From: Candidatus Spongiihabitans sp. | GTDB taxonomy: Bacteria > Pseudomonadota > Gammaproteobacteria > Arenicellales > Poriferihabitantaceae | Assembly (NCBI GenBank): GCA_965206355.1 | Contig: OZ242212.1 | Span: 2,014,814 to 2,078,813, forward strand | Length of the DNA: 64,000 nt | Reading direction: 5' to 3' | Shown here: in pieces, positions 26,706-36,427 of the stretch | Numbering within the stretch: the stretch's first letter is position 1 | Layout: each line of letters opens with the position of its first letter | Notes under the pieces: model-generated | The model's input: the letters and a program-made list of their open reading frames with translations, nothing else | Databases searched by the model: none | What the model was told of the DNA's origin: nothing | Translations under genes and position numbers: made by a program

Positions 26706-26866
26706 GAGATTTTTGCACGAAAGCCATTTCACCTGCAGGCTACGTCGCCTAAAAGCACCTACTGTTGGTAAAATCGTACTCAATCGGTCATTTACAAGCA
26801 TAAACTCCCTCATTCCGTGCGTTTTTGCCTGTCTGAAAGCGAAATCATCTTCCGTGCAAAGATCTC
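26706..26866 (+). mobile_element. MITE copy 5 (161 bp, long variant) between lpdA and aceF
   Basis: Termini are GAGATTTTTGCACG...CGTGCAAAGATCTC. 5-bp duplication ATAAA (26701-26705 and 26867-26871). Its last two bases form part of the aceF stop codon. Confidence 0.85.
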
Positions 26867-28160
26867 ATAAAGACAACCTTCGGACATCCCCGAAAGACTG
26901 GATCAGAAAGGCAACAAATCGGGCCGCTTCTGCACCATCAATAACGCGATGATCATAAGACAAATCTAGGGGTAACATAAGTCTTGGCTGAAAAGATTGC
27001 CCATCCCAGAGCGCGCTCATTTTCGCTCTGGTTATGCCCAGTATCGCAACCTCTGGTGCATTGACGATAGGGGTAAAAGCACTTCCGCCAATGCCACCGA
27101 GACTAGAAATAGTGATGCACCCGCCCTTGAGGTCATCGGGTGTTAGTTTGCCCTCTCTGGAACGCACACTGATATCCGCCATCTCTTGCGCCAAATCAAA
27201 AACACTCTTGCGCTCAACCTCCCGAATCACTGGAACAACCAGCCCATTGGGCGTATCCACCGCGATACCGATGTTGTAGTATTTCTTGAGTAGCAAGTGC
27301 ACACCGTCAGTAGCCAGCGAGGCATTGACATTGGGATATTTTTTAAGTGCGCCAACCAATGCTTTCATCACGAACGACAGCAATGTGATTCTTACGCCAT
27401 CTTTGTCCGCTTCCTCTTTTAGCGACTGACGAAAGGCTTCAAGTTCGGTAATATCTGCTTCATCATGGTGGGTCACATGGGGAATATTTAGCCAAGCGCG
27501 TTGCAGATGGAGAGCGGATAACTTTTTAATTCGAGATAATTCAATAGTCTCAACTTCCCCAAATTGAGAGAAATCAACTTCAGGTATGAGTGGAATGCCC
27601 TGCCCTTTTAATGGCTTGGCAGTTGTCGTGCTTGGTGCGGAAAGTTTTTGCTTGACCCAGGCGATGACATCCTCTTTCATAATGCGTGCTTTTCGCCCGC
27701 TACCCGTAATTTGAGCTAAATCCGCACCCATTTCTCTGGCAAATCGGCGCACCCCCGGACCGGCATGAGGCAGAATGCCATCAGCTTGCACCTCTGAAGC
27801 GGGCAAGCCCGGCAACGGCGCGTGTTCATGCGTGATCGCTGGCTTTTGTGGCGCGGGATTGGCTTTGCCAACAGCTACAGCGTTATTCTCGCTGATATTT
27901 TGCTCGGCATTGTCACTCGCAGGAGTATCTTCAGCAGCAATACGCATTATCACCATCCCTTCGGACACACTATCACCAACGGCAACATCAATGGCAGTGA
28001 TGGTGCCATTATCCGGTGCCGGTATCTCCATCGTTGCCTTATCACTTTCCAGTGTCAATAGCGAATCCTCTGCCACAACCGTATCACCAACACGCACTAA
28101 AATTTCAATAATCTCAACCGTATCGAAATCACCAATATCAGGAACTTTTACTTCAGCCAT
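26865..28160 (-). CDS. aceF: dihydrolipoyllysine-residue acetyltransferase (pyruvate dehydrogenase E2), single lipoyl domain
   Basis: 431-aa ORF with lipoyl motif LESDKATMEIPA, a subunit-binding domain (GPGVRRFAREMGADL) and catalytic DHRVIDGA. Confidence 0.9.
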   Translation of the reverse strand: MAEVKVPDIGDFDTVEIIEILVRVGDTVVAEDSLLTLESDKATMEIPAPDNGTITAIDVAVGDSVSEGMVIMRIAAEDTPASDNAEQNISENNAVAVGKANPAPQKPAITHEHAPLPGLPASEVQADGILPHAGPGVRRFAREMGADLAQITGSGRKARIMKEDVIAWVKQKLSAPSTTTAKPLKGQGIPLIPEVDFSQFGEVETIELSRIKKLSALHLQRAWLNIPHVTHHDEADITELEAFRQSLKEEADKDGVRITLLSFVMKALVGALKKYPNVNASLATDGVHLLLKKYYNIGIAVDTPNGLVVPVIREVERKSVFDLAQEMADISVRSREGKLTPDDLKGGCITISSLGGIGGSAFTPIVNAPEVAILGITRAKMSALWDGQSFQPRLMLPLDLSYDHRVIDGAEAARFVAFLIQSFGDVRRLSL

Positions 28161-28166
28161 GACTTT

Positions 28167-30836
28167 TTACACCGTGACAGGGTTAGGTTTTTCCGGATCG
28201 ATGCCATATTTGGTAATAGCCTGTTTAACCTGTTTATTGGTTATTGACTCTTGATCCGCCAGTGCTTTCAATGCCGCCACCGTAACATGATGACGGTCAA
28301 CCTCAAAAAACTTTCTTAATTGTTGGCGCGTATCACTTCTGCCATAACCATCGGTGCCAAGCACATGGTATTGATTCGGAACAAAAGCACGAATCTGCTC
28401 AGCATACAGGCGTATGTAATCGGTTGCGGAAATCACCGGTCCTGCTGTATTTCCCAAACACATTTCCACATAATTCTGTTTCGGAGGTTTATCGGGATGC
28501 AAACGATTGTAACGCTCCACATGTTGCCCATCACGGCTTAATTCGTTGAAACTGGTCACGCTCCAGATATCAGCACCGATGTTAAATTCTGCATCCAGCA
28601 TGACTGCCGCCGCTTCAACCTCTCTTAATATCGCTCCACTGCCCAGCAACTGCACTTTGGTTTTATGTTTGCCACCCACTCGCCGCAACAAATACATACC
28701 CCGCAGGATACCTTCATTGGCATTTTTTGGCATTTCAGGATGGCTATAATTTTCATTCATTACCGTGATGTAGTAATAAACGCTCTCCTGTTGCTGATAC
28801 ATTCGTCGCAAACCATCATAGATAATAATTGCCAGCTCATAGCAATAAGTCGGATCATAGGAAATACAATTCGGTATCGTTGATGCCAAAATCAGACTAT
28901 GCCCATCCTGATGTTGCAGACCTTCTCCTGCCAGTGTCGTTCGCCCGGCAGTCCCGCCCATGATAAATCCACGCGCTCTGCTGTCGCCTGCTGCCCAACA
29001 TAAATCACCGATGCGCTGGAAACCGAACATAGAATAAAGAATATAAAACGGAATAGTACACAGATCATGGTTGCTATACGAGGTAGCCGCAGCAATCCAC
29101 GATGACATTGCGCCAGCTTCATTGATACCCTCCTGCAACACCTGTCCATTTTTGTCTTCACGGTAGAACATCAACTGCTCGGAATCCACTGGTTCATATA
29201 ACTGTCCTTTCGGCGAATAGATACCGAGCTGTCTAAACATTCCCTCCATACCAAATGTCCGCGATTCATCAGGGATAATTGGCACAATAACATCTTTAAG
29301 GGTTTTATCTCGCACCAACGCAGAGAGGATACGCACGAATGACATAGTCGTAGAAATTTCACGATCACCCGTGCCCGCCAACTGAGATTTGAAAATCGAC
29401 GGTGGTGGCAATGTAAGTGCCAACGCACTCATACTCCGCCGAGCCGGTAGAAAACCGCCCAGCGTATTTCTACGTTCCAGCAAATATTCGGTTTCCCGAG
29501 AATTTTTTTCCGGACGATAAAAGGGCGCATGAGCGACTTCTTCATCGGTCAAAGGAATGTTAAAACGATCACGAAATGCCAGTAGCGCTTCTTCGCCCAT
29601 TTTTTTTTGTTGGTGGGTGGTGTTCTGCCCCTCACCCGCCTCACCCATACCATAACCTTTTACCGTTTTAGCCAGAATCACCGTTGGCTGACCACCGTGC
29701 CGGATTGCGCTATAATAGGCAGCATAGATTTTATGCGGGTCGTGCCCACCCCGATTTAATCGCCAAATATCCTCATCGGTCATATTCGCAACCATTGCCT
29801 TTAACTCAGGATTAACCCCAAAGAACTTCTCCCGCACATAAGCTCCGTCATTCGCCTTGAACGTCTGATATTCGCCATCAACCGCCTCCTCCATACGCTT
29901 TTTCAGCAATCCTTTATCATCGCGCTGTAACAATTTATCCCAATACCCCCCCCAAATCACTTTGATGACATTCCAACCCGCACCACGAAAATCGCTTTCC
30001 AGCTCCTGAATTATTTTGCCATTACCACGCACCGGTCCATCGAGTCGCTGGAGGTTGCAGTTGACCACGAAAATCAAGTTGTCCAGGTTTTCCCTGCCAG
30101 CGATGGCCAGCGCACCCGTGGATTCAGGTTCATCCATTTCGCCATCACCTAGAAATGCCCAGACCTTACGATCTTGGGCATCAATCAAGCCGCGATTATG
30201 TAAATATTTCATATACCGCGCCTGATAGATTGCCATAATCGGCCCCAGTCCCATAGACACAGTAGGAAATTGCCAGAAGTCTGGCATCAACCACGGGTGC
30301 GGATAGGAGGCAAGCCCCGCCCCATCCACTTCCTGACGAAACAGTCGCAAGTCCTCTTTATTCAAGCGTCGTTCCAGATAGGCACGCGCATAAATTCCCG
30401 GCGCAGAATGTCCCTGAATAAACAGCATATCGCCGGCATGTTCGGCTGTGCTGGCGCGCCAGAAGTGATTAAAGCCAACGTCATAAAGGGTCGCCGCTGA
30501 GGCAAAACTAGCGATATGCCCGCCTAATTCTGAGGAGATTCGATTTGCGCGCACCACCATCGCCATCGCATTCCAGCGTATCAAGGCACGAATGCGCTGC
30601 TCCAGCCCATGATCCCCCGGACTCGGTTGCTCCTTATGCACTGGAATGGTATTTAAGTAAGCGGTATTAGCACGATACGGGATATGCGCTCCAGAGCGGC
30701 GCGCCGCATCAATCAATGATTCAAGCAGAAAATGAGCGCGTTCATGTCCCTGCGTTCCGATAACAGACGAAAGTGCATCAAGCCACTCCCCGGTTTCCGT
30801 CTCATCGGTGTCCATCAACCTCTCTTTAGCAACCAT
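28167..30836 (-). CDS. aceE: pyruvate dehydrogenase E1 component
   Basis: 889-aa homodimeric-type E1 with thiamine-diphosphate motif GDGEMDEPES...NLQRLDGPVRGN; sits in aceE-aceF-lpdA order. Confidence 0.95.
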   Translation of the reverse strand: MVAKERLMDTDETETGEWLDALSSVIGTQGHERAHFLLESLIDAARRSGAHIPYRANTAYLNTIPVHKEQPSPGDHGLEQRIRALIRWNAMAMVVRANRISSELGGHIASFASAATLYDVGFNHFWRASTAEHAGDMLFIQGHSAPGIYARAYLERRLNKEDLRLFRQEVDGAGLASYPHPWLMPDFWQFPTVSMGLGPIMAIYQARYMKYLHNRGLIDAQDRKVWAFLGDGEMDEPESTGALAIAGRENLDNLIFVVNCNLQRLDGPVRGNGKIIQELESDFRGAGWNVIKVIWGGYWDKLLQRDDKGLLKKRMEEAVDGEYQTFKANDGAYVREKFFGVNPELKAMVANMTDEDIWRLNRGGHDPHKIYAAYYSAIRHGGQPTVILAKTVKGYGMGEAGEGQNTTHQQKKMGEEALLAFRDRFNIPLTDEEVAHAPFYRPEKNSRETEYLLERRNTLGGFLPARRSMSALALTLPPPSIFKSQLAGTGDREISTTMSFVRILSALVRDKTLKDVIVPIIPDESRTFGMEGMFRQLGIYSPKGQLYEPVDSEQLMFYREDKNGQVLQEGINEAGAMSSWIAAATSYSNHDLCTIPFYILYSMFGFQRIGDLCWAAGDSRARGFIMGGTAGRTTLAGEGLQHQDGHSLILASTIPNCISYDPTYCYELAIIIYDGLRRMYQQQESVYYYITVMNENYSHPEMPKNANEGILRGMYLLRRVGGKHKTKVQLLGSGAILREVEAAAVMLDAEFNIGADIWSVTSFNELSRDGQHVERYNRLHPDKPPKQNYVEMCLGNTAGPVISATDYIRLYAEQIRAFVPNQYHVLGTDGYGRSDTRQQLRKFFEVDRHHVTVAALKALADQESITNKQVKQAITKYGIDPEKPNPVTV

Positions 30837-30998
30837 ACCGTTACACTATTCTGTTGTTCAACATGAATAACAGTGTAACACGTTACTCGAAAATTATGGC
30901 TGCTTCAAATAAAGATTGTTAGCCGAAAGCGAAAATGTCTCCTTTGAGTCATTCAGGAGGCATTTGGTGATTACCTATGGGTAGCTATTCCCCACAGC

Positions 30999-31745
30999 TT
31001 AAAAACGGTAGCGAATACCTAGCGACAAGGCCGGGTAGATTTTGAAACTTTTCAGATCGTCTTGTAACTCGTCATGTTCAACTTCAATATCTGTTTTGAA
31101 AGTAGCTTGATTCACATTCACGGCACATATCGAACTTCCTGTCACTGTTGCGATACCCGTCGTATTGATGCTGAAATTACAAGTATTGCCTGCATTGGTC
31201 GCAACACCATTGCCACTTAACCTCGGCACACCTTGGAACAGCGCGCCGACCTCAAAATCGACACTCAGTCCGCTCTGTTTCTGGCTACTCCAGCCCAAAC
31301 CAAAATAGGGAGCCAGTGATTTAAAATCCAACAATATATTAGCTCGACCGGTATATTGTTGATTATTGTACTCAAACTCCCCACCCTCAGTGCTGGCATT
31401 CAGTTCATTTTTATTGGAGAGAAAACCAACACTGAATCGAAAACTACCGCCCGTGGGGTGCCAATCACCAATCAGACCAACGCTATTCAGTTTCAACTCT
31501 CCCACGTTTCGATTGCCAGCGTCGGTTTCTGCATAACTTTTGTCATACTTGTTAAACACCAGCCTGCCGTTAATTTTTTCATGGAACGGATATTTAAGTT
31601 CAACACCGAGACCGAGTGTGCTGACTTTACCAGCCATACTGATATCTACTGCGCTTGCCACATTGGCAACACTCGCAATACTGATAGCAACAAACAAGGT
31701 ACAAAGGCTGAGTATGGTTTTAGCAATGCGCGTAATGTTGTTCAT
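30999..31745 (-). CDS. outer-membrane beta-barrel protein
   Basis: Signal peptide ...VANVASA|VD, alternating beta-strand pattern, C-terminal ..SLGIRYRF. The ORF is open to 31757; the MNNITR start is preferred. Confidence 0.55.
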   Translation of the reverse strand: MNNITRIAKTILSLCTLFVAISIASVANVASAVDISMAGKVSTLGLGVELKYPFHEKINGRLVFNKYDKSYAETDAGNRNVGELKLNSVGLIGDWHPTGGSFRFSVGFLSNKNELNASTEGGEFEYNNQQYTGRANILLDFKSLAPYFGLGWSSQKQSGLSVDFEVGALFQGVPRLSGNGVATNAGNTCNFSINTTGIATVTGSSICAVNVNQATFKTDIEVEHDELQDDLKSFKIYPALSLGIRYRF

Positions 31746-31950
31746 ATGTCCTCTCATAATGTTTGATGTTGTGAATAAGTCGCTGATGTCGCATGATGAA
31801 TAGAGTGCCGTGGTGCTTATGTTTGCAGTACGACGAATACCGTTACCATCTGAGGTAGCTGTTTGTAGTTAAATACGATGTGTCGTTTGACGTGGTCACA
31901 CAAAATGCTATAAATGCAAATGATTTTTCGTGTATACCGCAATTCTTATA

Positions 31951-33057
31951 TCATGAAAAAAAATTACCTCGACAATAATCTAACACTTCATCTCGGATAA
32001 TTGTTTGACTTTTCGCACATACTTTTTCTTTTTGTGCTTTTGAGGTATGTCGCCGCCAGTGCTTGATGGCGTATTTGAAATAATCCATGCCCCACATTAG
32101 TTTTGTGTGCTCGGATGCGCGGTTCAGAATTTTAAGTTGTTTAACTGCGGTTTTTAGCAAATCCGCATAGACCAAATCCTGGTAACCTTGACGCTCCAGT
32201 CTTTCCCAGTTCGACGAATAAACCAGCCAGCGCGTCAGGGTTGTTAGTAAATTTGGAAATGCCAGATAAAAACTGCCCACGCCTAAATAAGGCTCCAGAG
32301 TGAGCACTTTGTGGGTTAAATGTCCCGGCATAAACAGGGTTTGACCGCTTTCGATTGTGAACCAGTACGCGCTTTTTAACGATAACCACGTGTCCATATC
32401 AAAGGCACATTTTCCTTTTATTTTTTGTCGGTCCAGATCTTCCAGCCCGTTGGCAATACCTTCGTTGGTGTCCCAAGCAAGCCATAATTTCTTGCCGATG
32501 AAACAGTGGTTGCTGCCATCGGAATCATCGGAATGGGAATCAGAGACTGCCGCGCTACTGCTGATGACCAAGGTCATCATTTCCAGCCAAGCAGTGCGTG
32601 CTGTTGAACGTGGATAAAGGTTGAATTGACTCAAGCGTTTTGCATCTATGACTTTTTCAACCTGACTATCTCGAAAATGCAGATCCGTAACATTGATGAT
32701 CGCTTTGTTGCGTTGCCATTTTTCAGCGAGCTGGTCAATGGTCAAATATTTCCAAATTTCTTTTTTTCCGGTTTTGGTGCGGATTCGATATTCAATATCG
32801 GCATAGTTAAGGGCGTTCAATATCAACGCCGCTGGATTGGTTAGGTTGCGTTGCTTTTGCGTTCTAAGTGGCGATGGAAAATCTTCAAACAGAGATATAC
32901 GGGCTAATGCCATATTTTTGAACAGATGCTGTCGATTATAGCTACCGACTTTTATCTCCAGATTGGATAATTTTGGCAATAAATGCGGTTTTATTGCGAG
33001 TGTTGGGTCAATATTTTCGGCATCCTGAAATAACCGTGCGATGTCGCGGCTAGCCAT
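31951..33057 (-). CDS. JmjC/cupin-like putative Fe(II)/2-oxoglutarate oxygenase
   Basis: SDSHSDDSDGSNHCFIGKKLWLAWD (HxD...G.K.W) followed by GQTLFMPGHLTHKVLTLEPYLGVGSFY resembles the JmjC cupin core. Starts 9 nt after the upstream cyclase gene ends. Confidence 0.4.
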   Translation of the reverse strand: MASRDIARLFQDAENIDPTLAIKPHLLPKLSNLEIKVGSYNRQHLFKNMALARISLFEDFPSPLRTQKQRNLTNPAALILNALNYADIEYRIRTKTGKKEIWKYLTIDQLAEKWQRNKAIINVTDLHFRDSQVEKVIDAKRLSQFNLYPRSTARTAWLEMMTLVISSSAAVSDSHSDDSDGSNHCFIGKKLWLAWDTNEGIANGLEDLDRQKIKGKCAFDMDTWLSLKSAYWFTIESGQTLFMPGHLTHKVLTLEPYLGVGSFYLAFPNLLTTLTRWLVYSSNWERLERQGYQDLVYADLLKTAVKQLKILNRASEHTKLMWGMDYFKYAIKHWRRHTSKAQKEKVCAKSQTIIRDEVLDYCRGNFFS

Positions 33058-33066
33058 GCGTAATAC

Positions 33067-36000
33067 TCATGCCTGAATGGCTTCTGCGGTGTGATTGATT
33101 TTATCAATCCACCCTTGCGCTTTTTGTCGTCTGGCAATTTTCAGGGCTTGATTGAGATAAGATTTTGCCTCCGTCAGATAATTTTTATGATATTTTTTAC
33201 CGATGCGGCTGGCAATAACCCGTTCAGCTTTAAGACGATATAATTCTGCCTGATAAAATAATTCTTCGTTCTTCTCGCTCAGTGTTAATGCACGTTGCAG
33301 GGATTCTTGTGCTGCCGCATAGTCGCCCACAGCAATTTGTATCTCTGCGGTCATACCTAGCAAATAGGTTAAATCAATTTCTTCTTTGGACTCAAACAAG
33401 GTATTGGTCGCTTGCACCACTTGCTGCAATGCCTGTACATCTTGACGGCTACTGGCAATGGCAAGATTCTGAAATAACAACCCGCGTTTGATAAACATAT
33501 CTTGTCCCCGAGTACGCGCCAGCTCAATAACCTCTGCACTATACGCCAGTACCGTTGCCGTATCGCCTAACAGCATCTGCGTGAAACAACTGTTACTTAA
33601 CGCAGAGACTGTCGCGTAATCTGATTCCTGACGCGCACTTTCGATGGCTTGACGACACAGCAACCTGGCAGACTTCCGCTCACCGATAAAAAACTTCACA
33701 TAGGACAGGTAATCCAGACTCATGCTCGGATAACAATTCAGACCACTTACCTCTTGCCCTTTAATGTCCAGTGCCGATTCCAGATGTTGCTGTGCCTTGT
33801 TGAGTTCGCCCAGTACACAATGCGCTATACCCAGCACTTGCTGTCCGCTGATTTTTGCCGCCAGATGGTTATTGTCAATGCCAATATCTAAAATAGTTTG
33901 TGCCGAACTCAACGATTTTCGTATCATACCGGCATTAAAAGTAATACCAAACTCAAAATCCAGCGCATCAATTTCCTTTTCAATATCACCCATCTGAGCG
34001 GCAATTAACACGGCGTTACGAAAGCAGTCATGCGCATCTTCAGAGACCGCACCCAAGGTCGCATTCAAAGCACGCCCTCTGCTCATAGACAGGCGGTATC
34101 GCTGATTGAGGTCGGTGTATTGGCTAATTTTAGGCAGATGCGCCGTGGCATTATTAAGCAGACCCACTGCCTCAATGGTCGCTCCGGAATTGAATGCGCT
34201 TTCTCCAGCATCAAGCCAATAGCGGAAACCGTTTATGTCATCTCCGGCCTGATCGTAGTGGTAGGCTATCACTTGCTTATCTAATGCATGTGTTGGTACG
34301 GCCATCGATGGATCAGGATGAGAGAGATATTGCGCAATCATTGCGTGAATTTTTCTGCGGTTTTTCTTGAGCAGGCTTTCATAGGCGGCATCTCGTAACA
34401 AGATGTGTCGGAATTGAAAACCACAATATGAGACATCTGATTGCGCGTAGATAATGTCTTGCTTAATCAGGTTCTCCAGCCCGGCTTCAATCGTTTCATG
34501 CTGCTGTCCACAAATGTGATATAATAGTGATTTTGTGAATGATTCGCCAATGACAGCGGCACATTGCACCAGATATTTTGCTTCGCCCAGCCCATCTAAC
34601 CTTGACAACAAAGAGGCTTGCAGTGTATCTGGAACGTGTATGGGTTGACTCGAGTTTTGTTGTCGGTTGGGCGCGGAATAATTACTGTCCAGCATGACTT
34701 TGGTGACTTCCTCAATGAAGAGCGGGACACCCGCACCTTTGTCACTGATGCTATCCACTATGGATTCATCTAGCTCGCTCATCGCACTGTTTTTCGATAT
34801 TTCTTCAATCAAGCGATGTGATTGCTGAACCGTCAATTTCATCAACGAAAGATGGGTGACATGGGATTGCGGATAGGACAGCGGTTTATTTAAGCGATGA
34901 CTCACAAGCAACATTATTGAGTGGTTATGATTTCTGCGTACCAACATATCCAACACGTTGAGCGTTGTCGGATCAACCCAGTGCGTGTCTTCGATAATCA
35001 GCAATACCGATTCGCTATTGGATAATTCAATGATAAAGTTTGTCAAACTCTCCTGCGCTAACTGCAATTGGTGTTGTGAGTCAACATCAGGTTTTCTCTC
35101 GTCATTCACTTGTAGCGCGATCAGCGATGTTACGGTATGCAGAAAGTTTTCATCCAATTTGTATTTTTTCAACAACAATTCCTTGAGCTTTAAATACTGT
35201 ATTTGATCATCGTCGTTGGGAAATATCCCGGACTCCCACATCAGACTGACCAGATAGGGATAGAGTGGACTACGTGAATGATAGGGAGAGCCATGAATTC
35301 TTAACAGGTGATACGGTTCTTTTAACTGTTCAAGCAAGGAATCAATGAGTCGGGTTTTGCCAATTCCGGCTTCACCAGACAGCAACACCACCTGTCCTTT
35401 GTTCTGACAGGTCTGTTGCCAGCAATCAAGCAACAAAGTCAGTTCATTTTCGCGATTGATTAGTGATGTTAAATGCTTGTCTGTTTCCTTGCGAAAATAT
35501 TGTTTGATCGGCTGTTCCCGCCGCACCTGCCAGAGTCGAATCGGTTCGGCATAACCTTTTATCGGCTGCTCACCTAACTCGGTAAATTCAAATGTATTGA
35601 CGATAAGTCGATGGGTATCGGGTGCAACGACAATGGCATTCGGTGAAGCTAATCTCTGTAGTCTTGCCGCCAGATTAGGTGCTTCACCAACCACCGCATT
35701 TTCTTTGGTTATATCATCACCGATGGTTTCGATCACCACATATCCTGTGGCAATACCAATCCTAACCGACAGCGTCATATCGTTTGAGCAGGAAAATATC
35801 TTGTTGAGTTGATCAACCTGACGAACGATTTCCAAGCCTGCCCACACCGCCCGCTCGGCATCATCCTCCAGCATGAGCGGATATCCAAAATACACCAGCA
35901 AGCCATCACCCATGTAGCGGGCTATGTATCCACCAAATTTCTTGATGGCTCTGGCGCAACCCTCTTGATAAGCCCGATAAAGATCATGTATATCTTCAAT

Positions 36001-36318
36001 ATCAAACCCGCTCGCAATCCTGATTGAGTCCACAAGATCGCAAAACATTAATGTCATATATCGCCGCTCCGGATCAATATGAATGGGTTGCAGATTCGGT
36101 GATATATTTGACAGTGGCTGGTTTATTCGCTCTGCCTCATTGTTAAGTTTTCTGAGTGCTTTGAGTATTTTTTTACGATGTCCGAGGGAAACATTCAGTA
36201 TCGCAAGATCCGCTTCTGAAAGCTCACCGAGCACATCCATATCAATATCATTTGCCATAAATTTTTCGGTGTATTGCACCAGCCCAAGCTCTGACAACCA
36301 CTTATTGACCTCTGACAT
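33067..36318 (-). CDS. SAM-domain / class III adenylate-guanylate cyclase / STAND-type AAA ATPase / TPR multidomain protein
   Basis: The N-terminal SAM-like domain reads VNKWLSELGLVQYTEKFMANDIDMDVLGELSEADLAILNVSLGHRKKILKAL. Cyclase motifs are LMFCDLVDS, RYMGDGLLVYFG and GEAPNLAARLQ. The P-loop is LLSGEAGIGKTRL. The C-terminal ~450 aa is helical-repeat (TPR-like). Confidence 0.75.
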   Translation of the reverse strand: MSEVNKWLSELGLVQYTEKFMANDIDMDVLGELSEADLAILNVSLGHRKKILKALRKLNNEAERINQPLSNISPNLQPIHIDPERRYMTLMFCDLVDSIRIASGFDIEDIHDLYRAYQEGCARAIKKFGGYIARYMGDGLLVYFGYPLMLEDDAERAVWAGLEIVRQVDQLNKIFSCSNDMTLSVRIGIATGYVVIETIGDDITKENAVVGEAPNLAARLQRLASPNAIVVAPDTHRLIVNTFEFTELGEQPIKGYAEPIRLWQVRREQPIKQYFRKETDKHLTSLINRENELTLLLDCWQQTCQNKGQVVLLSGEAGIGKTRLIDSLLEQLKEPYHLLRIHGSPYHSRSPLYPYLVSLMWESGIFPNDDDQIQYLKLKELLLKKYKLDENFLHTVTSLIALQVNDERKPDVDSQHQLQLAQESLTNFIIELSNSESVLLIIEDTHWVDPTTLNVLDMLVRRNHNHSIMLLVSHRLNKPLSYPQSHVTHLSLMKLTVQQSHRLIEEISKNSAMSELDESIVDSISDKGAGVPLFIEEVTKVMLDSNYSAPNRQQNSSQPIHVPDTLQASLLSRLDGLGEAKYLVQCAAVIGESFTKSLLYHICGQQHETIEAGLENLIKQDIIYAQSDVSYCGFQFRHILLRDAAYESLLKKNRRKIHAMIAQYLSHPDPSMAVPTHALDKQVIAYHYDQAGDDINGFRYWLDAGESAFNSGATIEAVGLLNNATAHLPKISQYTDLNQRYRLSMSRGRALNATLGAVSEDAHDCFRNAVLIAAQMGDIEKEIDALDFEFGITFNAGMIRKSLSSAQTILDIGIDNNHLAAKISGQQVLGIAHCVLGELNKAQQHLESALDIKGQEVSGLNCYPSMSLDYLSYVKFFIGERKSARLLCRQAIESARQESDYATVSALSNSCFTQMLLGDTATVLAYSAEVIELARTRGQDMFIKRGLLFQNLAIASSRQDVQALQQVVQATNTLFESKEEIDLTYLLGMTAEIQIAVGDYAAAQESLQRALTLSEKNEELFYQAELYRLKAERVIASRIGKKYHKNYLTEAKSYLNQALKIARRQKAQGWIDKINHTAEAIQA

Positions 36319-36427
36319 ACGCGAAATAAATTATCTGTAAGAGCGCTTTGCATCATTGCCGATACCGAGATTGGGCGGCTCAATTTGAATGATGCAAGTT
36401 GAATGATGCAAGCGTCTCTTAGTACCA

